Part shown: one piece after another, positions 12,090 through 24,401 of the stretch
How positions within the stretch are numbered: position 1 is the stretch's first letter
Layout: the number at the start of each line of letters is the position of its first letter
Assembly (NCBI GenBank): GCA_964016885.1
Contig: OZ024752.1
Location: 18,104,001-18,168,000 of the forward strand
Direction of reading: 5' to 3'
DNA: 64,000 nucleotides
Source of the DNA: Eledone cirrhosa
Taxonomy: Eukaryota
Made by a program: the position numbers and the translations under genes
Notes under the pieces: model-generated
The model's database searches: none
The model's input: only the letters and a program-made list of their open reading frames with translations
Told to the model about the DNA's origin: nothing

Positions 12090-12545
12090 CATTACACTTT
12101 TTTCAGTGTGTTACCTTTAGTGAGAAAGGTCAAGCAGTTTTCTTGTTTGGTGGCTGTGTGGTGACCGAGACTGAAAGGGCTGAAGCCAGACACGTTTCTC
12201 TTTAACCAAGCTGTCATCAGCTTTTTCGAATTCGATTTGGCAAGGTATATAAGTGTGGAAAGAGAAGTGCTGCCCTCCAGTATATTTGCTAAAAGTTTGG
12301 TGAATGTAGCGAGGATTGCCTGAAAAAGGTCTACTCTGAGCAAGCACCTGTTGGCTAGGGAGTGCAGAGAGGAGCACTTTCCTATGGTACTCTTGGCATT
12401 GTTTGGGGTCTGTGGAGTTCCCAAATGACCTCACCCACCCCACCCCCTATTCGAGAATTCTTTATATATTTTTTTTGTTTGTTTTCAGTTCTAATGGTCA
12501 ATAAAGAAATTATTATTATCATTATTATTATTGTTGTTGTTATTA
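12090..12545 (+). mobile_element. Probable 3' end of a LINE with an (ATT)n tail
   Basis: A GC-richer segment ends in aataaagaa(att)n; no diagnostic protein motif was recognised. Confidence 0.4.
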
Positions 12546-12577
12546 ACAGTTTTATATTAGTTCTGACATTCCCACTT

Positions 12578-15500
12578 AGATCTTGGGTGATTGTCTTGGT
12601 CAATCCCTTATAACTTGGGTGATTGTCTTGGTCAATCCCCTATAACTTGGGTGATTGTCTTGGTCAATCCCCTATAACTTGGGTGGTGGTCTTTGTCAGT
12701 CCCCTATAACTTGGGTGATTGTCTTGGTCAATCCCTTATAACTTGGGTGATTGTCTTGGTCAGTCCCTTATAACTTGGGTGGTGGTATTGGTCAGTCCCT
12801 TATAACTTGAGTGATTGTCTTGGTCAATCCCCTATAACTTGGGTGATTGTCTTGGTCAATCCCCTATAACTTGGGTGGTGGTCTTTTTCAGTCCCCTATA
12901 ACTTGGGTGATTGTCTTGGTCAATCCCTTATAACTTGGGTGATTGTCTTGGTCAGTCCCTTATAACTTGGGTGGTGGTCTTGGTCAGTCCCTTATAACTT
13001 GGGTGGTGGTCTTGGTCAGTCCCTTATAACTTGGGTGGTGGTCTTGGTCAGTCCCCTATAACTTGGGTGGTAGTCTTGGTCAGTCCCTTATAACTTGGGT
13101 GATGATCTTGGTCAGTCCCTTATTACTTGGGTGATGGTCTTTGTCAGTCCCTTATAACTTGGGTGATGGTCTTGGTCAGTCCCTTATTACTTGGGTGATG
13201 GTCTTTGTCAGTCCCTTATAACTTGGGTGGTGGTCTTGGTCAGTCCCCTATAACTTGGGTGGTGGTCTTGGTTAGTCCCCTATAACTTGGGTGGTAGTCT
13301 TGGTCAGTCCCTTATAACTTGGGTGGTGGTCTTGGTCAGTCCCTTATTACTTGAGTGATTGTCTTGGTCAGTCCTTTATAACTTGGGTGATTGTCTTGGT
13401 CAATCCCTTATAACTTGGGTGATGATCTTGGTCAATCCCTTATAACTTGGGTGATGGTCTTGGTCGGTCCCTTGTAACTTGGGTGGTGGTCTTGGTCAGT
13501 CCCTTATAACTTGGGTGGTGGTCTTGGTCAGTCCCCTATAACTTGGGTGGTAGTCTTGGTCAGTCCCTTATAACTTGGGTGATGATCTTGGTCAGTCCCT
13601 TATTACTTGGGTGATGGTCTTTGTCAGTCCCTTATAACTTGGGTGATGGTCTTGGTCAGTCCCTTATTACTTGGGTGATGGTCTTTGTCAGTCCCTTATA
13701 ACTTGGGTGGTGGTCTTGGTCAGTCCCCTATAACTTGGGTGGTGGTCTTGGTTAGTCCCCTATAACTTGGGTGGTAGTCTTGGTCAGTCCCTTATAACTT
13801 GGGTGGTGGTCTTGGTCAGTCCCTTATTACTTGGGTGATGGTCTTTGTCAGTCCCTTATAACTTGGGTGGTGGTCTTGGTCAGTCCCCTATAACTTGGGT
13901 GGTGGTCTTGGTTAGTCCCCTATAACTTGGGTGGTAGTCTTGGTCAGTCCCTTATAACTTGGGTGGTGGTCTTGGTCAGTCCCTTATAACTTGGGTGGTG
14001 GTCTTGGTCAGTCCCTTATGACTTGGGTGGTAGTCTGGGTCAGTCCCTTATAACTTGGGTGTTGGTCTTGGTCAGTCCCTTATAACTTGGGTGGTGGTCT
14101 TGGTCAGTCCCTTATGACTTGGGTGGTGGTCTTGGTCAGTCCCTTATAACTTGGTCAGTCCCTTATAACTTGAGTGGTGGTCTTGGTCAGTCCCTTATAA
14201 CTTGGGTAGTGGTCTTGGTCAGTCCCTTATAACTTGGGTGGTAGTCTTGGTCAGTCCCTTATAACTTGGGTGGTAGTCTGGGTCAGTCCCTTATAACTTG
14301 GGTGTTGGTCTTGGTCAGTCCCTTATAACTTGGGTGGTAGTCTTGGTCAGTCCCTTATAACTTGGGTGGTGGTCTTGGTCAGTCCCTTATAACTTGGGTG
14401 GTAGTCTTGGTTGTCCCTTATAACTTGGGTGTTGGTCTTGGTCAGTCCCTTATAACTTGGGTGGTAGTCTTGGTCAGTCCCTTATAACTTGGGTGGTAGT
14501 CTTGGTCAGTCCCTTATAACTTGGGTGGTGGTCTTGGTCAGTCCCTTATAACTTGGGTGGTAGTCTTGGTTGTCCCTTATAACTTGGGTGTTGGTCTTGG
14601 TCAGTCCCTTATAACTTGGGTGGTAGTCTTGGTCAGTCCCTTATAACTTGGGTGGTAGTCTTGGTCAGTCCCTTATAACTTGGGTGGTAGTCTTGGTCAG
14701 TCCCTTATAACTTGGGTGGTAGTCTTGGTCAGTCCCTTATAACTTGGGTGGTGGTCTTGGTCAGTCCCTTATAACTTGGGTGGTGGTCTTGGTCAGTCCC
14801 TTATAACTTGGGTGGTAGTCTTGGTCAGTCCCTTATAACTTGGGTGGTAGTCTTGGTCAGTCCCTTATAACTTGGATGGTGGTCTTGGTCAGTCCCTTAT
14901 AACTTGGGTGGTTGTCTTGATCAGTCCCTTATAACTTGGGTAGTGGTCTTGGTCAGTCCCTTATAACTTGGGTAGTGGTCTTGGTCAGTCCCTTATAACT
15001 TGAGTGGTGGTCTTGGTCAGTCCCTTATAACTTGGGTAGTGGTCTTGGTCAGTCCCTTATTAGTTGGGTAGTGGTCTTGGTCAGTCCCTTATAACTTGGG
15101 TGGTGGTCTTGGTCAGTCCCTTATAACTTGGGTGGTGGTCTTGGTCAGTCCCTTATAACTTGGGTGGTTGTCTTGATCAGTCCCTTATAACTTGGGTGGT
15201 TGTCTTGGTCAGTCCCTTATAACTTGGGTAGTGGTCTTGGTCAGTCCCTTATAACTTGGGTAGTGGTCTTGGTCAGTCCCTTATTACTTGAGTGGTGGTC
15301 TTGGTCAGTCCCTTATAACTTGGGTAGTGGTCTTGGTCAGTCCCTTATTAGTTGGGTAGTGGTCTTGGTCAGTCCCTTATAACTTGGGTGGTGGTCTTGG
15401 TTAGTCCCTTATAACTTGGGTGGTGGTCTTGGTCAGTCCCTTATAACTTGGGTGGTGGTCTTGGTCAGTCCCTTATAACTTGGGTGTTGGTCTTGGTCAG

Positions 15501-16687
15501 TCCCTTATAACTTGGGTGGTGGTCTTGGTCAGTCCCTTATAACTTGAGTGGTGGTCTTGTCAGTCCCTTATAACTTGGGTGGTGGTCTTGGTCAGTCCCT
15601 TATAACTTGAGTGGTGGTCTTAGTCAGTCCCTTATAACTTGAGTGGTGGTCTTGGTCAGTCCCTTATAACTTGGGTGGTGGTCTTGGTCAGTCCCTTATA
15701 ACTTGGGTGGTGGTCTTGGTCAGTCCCTTATAACTTGAGTGGTGGTCTTGGTCAGTCCCTTATAACTTGGGTGGTCTTGGTCAGTCCCTTATAACTTGGA
15801 TGATTGTCTTGGTCAGTCCCTTATAACTTGGGTGGTGGTCTTGGTCAGTCCCTTACAACTTGGGTGGTGGTCTTGGTCAGTCCCTTATAACTTGGGTGGT
15901 GGTCTTGGTCAGTCCCTTATAACTTGGGTGGTGGTCTTGGTCAGTCCCTTATAACTTGGGTGGTGGTCTTGGTCAGTCCCTTATAACTTGGGTGGTGGTC
16001 TTGGTCAGTCCCTTATAACTTGAGTGGTGGTCTTGGTCAGTCCCTTATAACTTGGGTGGTCTTGGTCAGTCCCTTATAACTTGGATGATTGTCTTGGTCA
16101 GTCCCTTATAACTTGGGTGGTGGTCTTGGTCAGTCCCTTATAACTTGGGTGGTAGTCTTGGTTGTCCCTTATAACTTGGGTGTTGGTCTTGGTCAGTCCC
16201 TTATAACTTGGGTGGTGGTCTTGGTCAGTCCCTTATAACTTGGGTGGTGGTCTTGGTCAGTCCCTTATAACTTGGATGATTGTCTTGGTCAGTCCCTTAT
16301 AACTTGGGTGGTGGTCTTGGTCAGTCCCTTATAACTTGGGTGGTGGTCTTGGTCAGTCCCTTATAACTTGGGTGGTGGTCTTGGTCAGTCCCTTATAACT
16401 TGGGTGGTGGTCTTGGTCAGTCCCTTATAACTTGGATGATTGTCTTGGTCAGTCCCTTATAACTTGGGTGGTGGTTTTGGTCAGTCCCTTATAACTTGGG
16501 TGGTGGTCTTGGTCAGTCCCTTATAACTTGGGTGGTGGTCTTGGTCAGTCCCTTATAACTTGGATGATTGTCTTGGTCAGTCCCTTATAACTTGGGTGGT
16601 GGTCTTGGTCAGTCCCTTATAACTTGGGTGGTGGTCTTGGTCAGTCCCTTATAACTTGGGTGGTCTTGGTCAGTCCCTCAGATCTTG
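12578..16687. repeat. Minisatellite, 32-bp unit TAACTTGGGTGGTGGTCTTGGTCAGTCCCTTA, about 128 copies
   Basis: Period 32 (for example taac at 12611 and 12643), no spacers, bounded by AGATCTTG at both ends. Confidence 0.97.
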
Positions 16688-17045
16688 TTACTCTATGTTA
16701 TCCACAGAAACTCCACCCATGCCACTCACAGACTCTACACAATAGATTAAAGAAGGAAAAAACGATTAACAAAAGTGCAGACCTCATTCACTTGCCCAGT
16801 TGGGTGGAACTCATCAAATCAAACCAAGGAAACAATGGTCTTTCCATTGGTCTTTCCATTGTTGAGAGTATCTACCAGTTACAACACCTGGCAGAAAGAT
16901 AAATGTGAAATAAAGTATCTTGCTCAAGAACATAATGTGTCACCTGGTCCAGGAATCTAACTCTCAACCTCATGATTTCAAATTCAATTCTCTAATCATT
17001 AAGCCATATACCTGCACCCATAATAGATGTAAATCATTTCAAATG

Positions 17046-17452
<407 letters not shown>

Positions 17453-17630
17453 TTATTCTATCATCTTCATAATTCTTGTTGCTTAAGAAGTGTATGAATT
17501 TCATTAAGTCTAGTCACATATATAATATGATGAATGTTGAGCATAAATCTATTAAAATTATTTATTATACTTTCAACTGGAACCATGTTGTGAATTTAAA
17601 ACAAAAAATAAGACCTACATTATAATACAA

Positions 17631-18219
17631 CTAGCAGAATGGCCCGGCGTTGCTCGGGAATTGCTCTAGGGTTCTTATATATTTGATATATATGTACCCT
17701 TATTGAGCCTCATGAAATAAATATGTTTGTTTATATTTTGTTATTGTGTATGCATAAATATCTGTACACGAATATATAATTATATATATATATTATAATA
17801 ACAGATTAAAGTTTAAGCAAAGAATCGCTGCTTTCACTCTTAACGGGTTCTTCTGAAACTAAAAAAATCAATCTGTGAACGCAGAAGTAAATATTTTGAA
17901 AAACGTTACACACTATATATATATACACACACACACTATATATACATATATACACACACACACATATAGCGTCATAATGTCGTAATGCAGACAGCCAGAC
18001 ATACAGACAGATATTATAAGGGCGCGACGTTATATCTATGTATCTATCTAAAAAGAAAGACTAAGAATTATAGAGAGAGATCGCTAAATCGTCTAATGCG
18101 GTCCTTAGGGCATTGAAAATTTGAAATTGTTTTTGCTCAAAACACTCATACGACTATAAGTATTACATGTGTAAAGTTTGAAAACAATCGGTTGGGTGGT
18201 TCTTGAGTTTTAGGGAGTC

Positions 18220-18252
<33 letters not shown>

Positions 18253-18274
18253 TTCTCTGTTTTAGATATATAGA
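17631..18274 (-). mobile_element. Non-autonomous Helitron
   Basis: The minus strand begins A|TCTATATATCTAAAAC with a (TGTC)n array and ends with the hairpin CCCGAGCAACGCCGGG followed by CTAG|T; inserted in an AT target with no TSD. Confidence 0.8.
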
Positions 18275-18304
18275 TGATTCTTTAAATTCTATCTTCTGAT
18301 GGAT

Positions 18305-18307
<3 letters not shown>

Positions 18308-18378
<71 letters not shown>
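18308..18378. repeat. (CT)n microsatellite
   Basis: Directly visible. Confidence 0.95.
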
Positions 18379-18383
<5 letters not shown>

Positions 18384-18763
18384 ATAGAATCAATATATAA
18401 ATTTCTGTGATTCTATCACAACACGTAAAGAGAGAGCAGTCATTTGACTACCTCATACTACTCCTCTCTCTTCATATCTGCTGTCTGCGTGTATATGTGT
18501 ATAAAAGGGAGGAAAGGGCAGTGTGTCTGTGTTTGCACGTTTATATTTATATACTCATACATATAAATGTATGCATATGCCCATACATACACACACACAC
18601 ATATATACACATACACGTTAGTGTATGGAAAAAAATTCTAGTATTAATTAATTACTGAATGTAAAATATTTGAATATTTCAACTTACTTTAAAAAGATGT
18701 ATCTGATTAAAACGTGTAAAACATATCAATTTAAAGATTGTTATATTACAGATGAAAGCCTGC

Positions 18764-18864
18764 TATAAAACTACTGTGCAAACAACATCTGCTTTTTATA
18801 TATAAGTCTAACATATTTCCTTTTTAATCTCAAAGTGGAAATTTCAGTGGAATGAACAGTAAGT
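18764..18864 (+). promoter_or_regulatory. Candidate TATA box and short first non-coding exon of the repeat-protein gene
   Basis: TATAAAA at 18764-18770 in unique sequence and a consensus donor GTAAGT at 18859. The ATG exon at 24328 has an acceptor, so an upstream exon is needed. Confidence 0.35.
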
Positions 18865-18942
18865 GACTATTTTATATTTTGGTTTTATATTATTTTGTAT
18901 TAATTTCTTAGTGTATCTAATTTAGAATAGGTAGACTGTATC

Positions 18943-19236
18943 CAGTGCTGAATTTATCATAGTGCTTTGGTGTGCTTGAGCACAGGGTCCCGTTGGCCAG
19001 GAAAGGGCCCCATTGACCAGGAAAGGGCCCCGTTGACAGGAAAGAGCCCTGTTGGCCAGGAAAGGGCCCCATTGGCCAGCACAGAGTCCCATTGGCCAGG
19101 AAAGGGCCCCGTTGGCCAGGAAAGGGCCCCATTGGCTAGGAAAGGGACCCATCTTCCTGCCAAACAAATTTTTTACGAGTGTGGGGCCTCGTAACTTAAC
19201 TGGTACAGGGCCTCATTTGTCCTAAATCCGACATTG
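18943..19236. mobile_element. hAT-type MITE with an internal 20-bp tandem repeat
   Basis: TIRs CAGTGCTGAATTTA / TAAATCCGACATTG, 8-bp TSD actgtatc / tctgtatc, and about 8 copies of gggccccgttggccaggaaa inside. Confidence 0.75.
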
Positions 19237-19499
19237 TCTGTATCCTTGTAGGTCAGAAGAGTTGGATAAAAGGGTTGGTGCTAGAAAGAGCAGTCAGCTA
19301 AAATGATATTAAGACACTTATTGCTGTCAAATATATTCATAAGCTGATCTCTTGGACTTTTACGAAGTGCTGAGGGGATAAAGTTAATATAAAGAGTGGT
19401 GTGTTCATGAGTGGAGATGTTATAAAATAACTTATAAAATAGAGTGAAGACCCTTAAAAAACAGAAAAATAAGTTGCCATTGGCTTCTATGAAGAAACG

Positions 19500-22400
19500 A
19501 ACCTCATACCTCCCAGATACAGGCTAGGTGTTTAAAACCTTTATTAATCCTTTACAATTTAAATTATTCTATATATTCAGAGTTGGTACCATGAATGTAG
19601 GCACATTGAAAGGTCGCTCAAATGAGGTTGTAGAGATGCTTGAACGTAAAGAAGTTGATGTTTGTTGTATTCAAGAGACTAGGTGGAGAGGATGGTCTGC
19701 CAAATTCATTGTAGGTAAAAAACGATGCTATAAACTTTTCTGGGTGGGAAATGACAACGGACAGGGTGGAGTAGGAATTATGTTAGCTGAAAAATGGGTA
19801 GATAAGGTAATTGACGTAAATAGAGTGAATGACAGAATAATTAAATTAAGACTAGTTCTAAATAGAACTACTGTGACAATAATATCTGCTTATGCACCCC
19901 AATCTGGTCTACCTGATGTTATAAAGGACAGGTTCTATGAGTCGCTAATGCACACTACCTCCCAAATATCCGACAGTGACTACTTAATTATTGCTGGCAA
20001 TCTAAACGGTCACGTTGGACAATATAGTGATGGCTATGATGGAATCCATGGAGGCTATGGGGTTGGAAATAGAAATGAGGAGCACTTCAGAATCCTGGAA
20101 TTCTGTGACGCAAATAGCCTAACTATCTGTAACACAAACTTCAAAAAACGTGAAAACCACTTGATCACCTATAGATCAGGGGAACACGCCAACCAGATAG
20201 ATTATATCCTTACTAGAAGATGGGACAAAATGTCTGTTGTAAACAATAAATCCCTCCCCCGTGAAGAATGCATCTCCCAACATAGCCTAGTAGTTAGTGA
20301 CCTCATAGTCAGGAATAGACGTACTCGACGACAGAGGAGGCCTACCTTGAGGAGAAGAATATGGAAGTTGAAGGACCCCATAGCCAGTGACAAATTTAAA
20401 AGCTTATTACTTGATGCCTTTGATGATAAGGAAGAGCAATTAGAGAAGTGCAATATAGAGGAACAGTGGCAATTCTTGAAAGTAAACCTGCTGAAAGCAA
20501 CGGATGAAATCTGTGGCTGGAGCAGACCTATTGGCAGGAGGAGAGTAACTTGGTGGTGGAACAGTAAGGTGGAAGAGACAATCAAGGTCAAAAAGAAGGC
20601 TTGGAAAGAATGGCAGGATGGGGGAAGTAGAGAGCACTATCAAGTGGCCAGGAGAGAAGCTAGGAGACAAGTGTACCTTGCAAAAAGGGAAGCAGAGGAT
20701 AGAAAGTTCAAGCATGTTCTGCAACGTGAGGACCAAAATCGTGAGGTGTTCAGGATTGCTAGACAATGTGTCAAGGAAAACCGTGATATTGTCGGGGAGA
20801 AGTGTGTCCGTAATGATAATGGTGTACTTGCGCTCACTGATACTGATAAGAAGATAGCCTGGAAGTGTCACTACGAGAGACTATTAAATGAGGAGAATAA
20901 ATGTGAAAAAGATAGTCTGCCCCAAATTGATCCAATAGAAGGACCAGCGGTGCAAGTTAAAGGTAGTATAATAAGTAAGGCAATCAAAGATATGAAGACA
21001 GACAAGGCAGCTGGGCCTTCAGAGATAGTTGCTGAGATGTTGAAGGCATGGTGGGACACATTATGGTCACCCGTATAGTTAACCAAGTAATACAGAATGG
21101 GGTCATACCGAAAGACTGGCGAAGCAGCATCATCATTAACTGCTACAAGGGTAAAGGGGATGCTCTAGATAGGGGAAACTATAGAGGCATTAAGTTAGTT
21201 GACCAGGTCATGAAGGTCACAGAAAGAGTTATAGCGCAACTAATCAGAGATTGAATTGATCTAGATGAAATGCAGTTTGGGTTTGTCAGGTAAAAGTACC
21301 ACAGACGCTCTTTTCCTTGTACGACAACTACAAGAGAAGTACCTAGCTAAAAGTAAACCCCTCTACTTAGCATTTGTAGACCTGGAGAAAGCTTTTGAGA
21401 GTCCCCCGCTCCATTAGCTGGTGGGCTCTTAGAAAACTAGATGTAGATGAATGGCTTGTGAGAGCTATACAAGCTATGTATAAAGAAACAGTCAGTAAGG
21501 TTAGAATTAACAATGAATATTGTGAAGAATTTAGTGTAAAAGTTGGCGTTCATCAAGGCTCTGTCCTTAGCCCCCTCTTGTTTATTATTGCCCTTCAGAC
21601 TATAACAGAGGAGTTCAAGACTGGCTGCCCATGGGAACTCCTATACGCAGATGATCTAACGCTCATAGCTGAATCAATGGCTGAACTAGAAAAGAAATTC
21701 CAAACATGGAAGCATGGCCTAGAATCAAAAGCCTTAAAGTTAACTTGTCTAAGACTAAAGTCCTAGTTTGTAGAAAGGAAAATAAGGCACAGGTACCCGC
21801 AGGGAAATGGCCATGCTCAATGTGTAGGAAAGGAGTAGGCAGGAATTCAATTTTATGTCCCAAATGCAAAGTATGGGTACATAAAAGATGTAGTGGGATC
21901 ACAGGTAAACTATCTAAGAACGTAGACTTTATATGTGGCCGATGCTCAGGTGCAATAGGTAGCAAGTGTCCACAGGATACTAGATCCTTCTATTGCCCAG
22001 ATGGTTCTATAGAAATAGTAGACACTTTCCGTTACCTGGGTGACGATATCAGCAGTGGTGGGGGGTGTTCTGAAAGTACAGTAGCCAGAGTCAGAACAGG
22101 ATGGGAAAAGTTCAGAGAGCTTATAGCACTGTTGGCCACAAAATGTTTCTCTCTAAAAATGAAAGGCAGATTGTATGATGCTTGTATACGAACAGCAATG
22201 CTACATGGCAGTGAGACATGGGCATTGCGTGCAGAGGACCTGCGCAGACTGGAAAGGAATGAAGCATGCATGCTCCATTGGATGTGTAATAGTAATATAC
22301 GTGAACCGGAAAGCATAAATGAACTAAGTAAGAAATTAGGAATAAGAGGGATCAGATGCTGTTTACTCGAGAGAATACTACGTTGGTATGGCCACGTGAT

Positions 22401-23003
22401 GCGCATGAAAGACGACAGCTGTATAAAAAAGTGGAGGGCGATCAAAATTGATGGTAGTTATGGAGTAGGTAGACCCAGAAAAACCTGGGACGATCTGATA
22501 AATTCCGACCTTACACACTTGCACATCTCTAAGACAATGTCACTGGACCGAGATCTTTGGTGCTACGCAGTAATACAGAAGACACGCCTTGCCTATGTAC
22601 AAAGCGAAACCTACAGTCAGTAGGCACCTCTTAACCAAATATACACCCCAATCCACTACCCCTACCCTATCCTCCCACTCCCACCAACACCACCCCCTCT
22701 CTATAAAGTTGGTACCACAACATCCAGTCCAAATAAATGAGATAAATGAGATCGAGATCGAGTTCGTGTAGGTGTCACGAGAAAAAAACACACACTCCAC
22801 GCTGTAATGTGGTCGTGTAGGTAGCACAGTAAAAAGTTCCCAGTTCCACACTGTAAATGTGGTTGATGTTAGGAAGGGCATCCAGCCGTAGAAAACCTGC
22901 CAGATAGTCCTATATGAGCGAGACACGGTCACCCGACCAACCTTGCCTCAAGTGGGACAACTCCCGTCTAACCCATGCTAGCATGGAAAGTGGACGTTAA
23001 ACG

Positions 23004-23037
<34 letters not shown>
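19500..23037 (+). mobile_element. RTE-clade LINE (APE endonuclease, RT and PHD-like Cys cluster), near full-length, frameshifted
   Basis: Motifs VGTMNVGTL, CIQETRW, SAYAPQ, QIDYIL, GVHQGSVLSPLLF, LLYADDL, CSMC..C..C..WVHKRC..CGRC, LHGSETW, LRWYGHV, GRPRKTW; 3' UTR and (GAT)n tail. Confidence 0.93.
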
Positions 23038-23038
<1 letters not shown>

Positions 23039-23560
23039 ACTTTTATATTTTCACAGTAAAGGCTTTACTTCACATAATTATCTCACATAATATCAAATCT
23101 ATGAGATTTTGATATTATTTATTTTGAGAACAATACCTTAACATCAGTATGAGCAGCTGGTTACAGCTGGTTTGAACAGAAAGAAGTGAAAGAATTCTGG
23201 CTGGATATGGTCGGTTTAAATGCTAAAGGGTTAAGCTTAATGGTTCGGTTGTTGTATTGTTATTACAAAGATAAAATCTGTATGAAAGGAAATTTACTAA
23301 CATTCTTGTATTTTGTAAGAACATTATTGATGTCAACGGTTTTGATAAGAAACCATCTGGAATTACTGTGGTTCTGTGACAGAAAACTGTTTATTTTAAA
23401 GTGTTTATCATCATTCTTCTCCTCATCATCATCATCATTATCATCATCGTTTTCATGTCTGTTTTTCCACATTGGCATGGGTTCGATGGGTCCTTTTCAA
23501 CACAGCATCTCTCCACACCTTCTCATCCTTTGACATCTCCTCAGTGAGTTTCAACAATTT

Positions 23561-23660
23561 GATGATGATGATGATGATGATGATGGCAATTATGATGATG
23601 ATGGTGGTGGTGGTGATGATGGTGATGGTGGTGATGATGATGGTGGTGGTGGTGGTGATT
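23561..23660. repeat. (GAT)n/(GGT)n microsatellite
   Basis: Directly visible. Confidence 0.9.
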
Positions 23661-24025
23661 ACTTTAGTTTTCTTTTTTCATATGTGGCCTCAATTTTGAA
23701 AATCCTCAAAGAAATCTTATTAATTATTATGATAGCGTGTGGCATCTTGTACAGGTGTTGTCTGCCATAGCCTCAGGTAGATCAATGCCTTGAGAGTAAA
23801 ATTTGGTGGACAAAATCTATGTTGTATTAACACTAGGGCAATGATATGAAATGTGTGAACAGGACATAGATCCTTGACCCAGTCTAGTCTCAAACCATAA
23901 CAACCATCCAACCGTTGCCAGCAGGGGTCAAAATGATGATAGTGATGTGTGTGTGTTTGTTTATGTCTCGTAACAAAGACAGCACTAAAATATATACCAG
24001 ACTTTTAAAAAATGGTTTGATAAGA

Positions 24026-24286
24026 TCACAGCATATCTACTTTATATAAAAAATTATACCACAGTATATCTACTTTATATGAAAATTATACCACAGTATA
24101 TCTACTTCATAAAAAATTATACCACAGTATATCTACTTTATATAAAAATAATACCACAGTATATCTATTTCATATAAAAATTATACTGCAGTATATCTAC
24201 TTTATATAAAAATTATACTACAGTATATCTACTTTATATAAAAATCATACCACAGTATATCTACTTCATATAAAAATACAGTATAT
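24026..24286. repeat. Short tandem array, ~31-32-bp unit (ccacagtatatctactttatataaaaattata), about 8 copies
   Basis: Directly visible, just upstream of the acceptor at 24327. Confidence 0.9.
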
Positions 24287-24331
24287 GTAAGTTTTCAATG
24301 CAGTTAATAATTTTTTTTTTTTTTCAGAATC

Positions 24332-24389
24332 ATGAAACAAGTTATTCTGTTTCTAGGATTTTTTTCCCAAATAAATCTAGCAACATTCT
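24332..24389 (+). CDS. First coding exon (signal peptide MKQVILFLGFFSQINLATF) of the octapeptide-repeat protein
   Basis: Poly-T CAG acceptor ending at 24327, ATG at 24332, a basic residue followed by a hydrophobic core, and a phase-1 donor T|GTAAGT at 24390 that matches the phase-1 acceptor at 43657. Confidence 0.7.
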
Positions 24390-24401
24390 GTAAGTATCAT
24401 T

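Noticed and set aside
12578-16687. 32-bp repeat as a CRISPR array or telomeric tract
   Set aside because: Units are head-to-tail with no unique spacers, there are no cas genes, the context is eukaryotic, and the unit is not TTAGGG.
20202-22932. Minus-strand ORFs overlapping the RTE, and equivalent antisense ORFs over the other LINEs, the CRE element and the Gypsy
   Set aside because: They are antisense shadows of transposon coding sequence with no independent motifs.
23472-23699. Poly-Met/Val ORF
   Set aside because: Translation of the (GAT)n/(GGT)n microsatellite.
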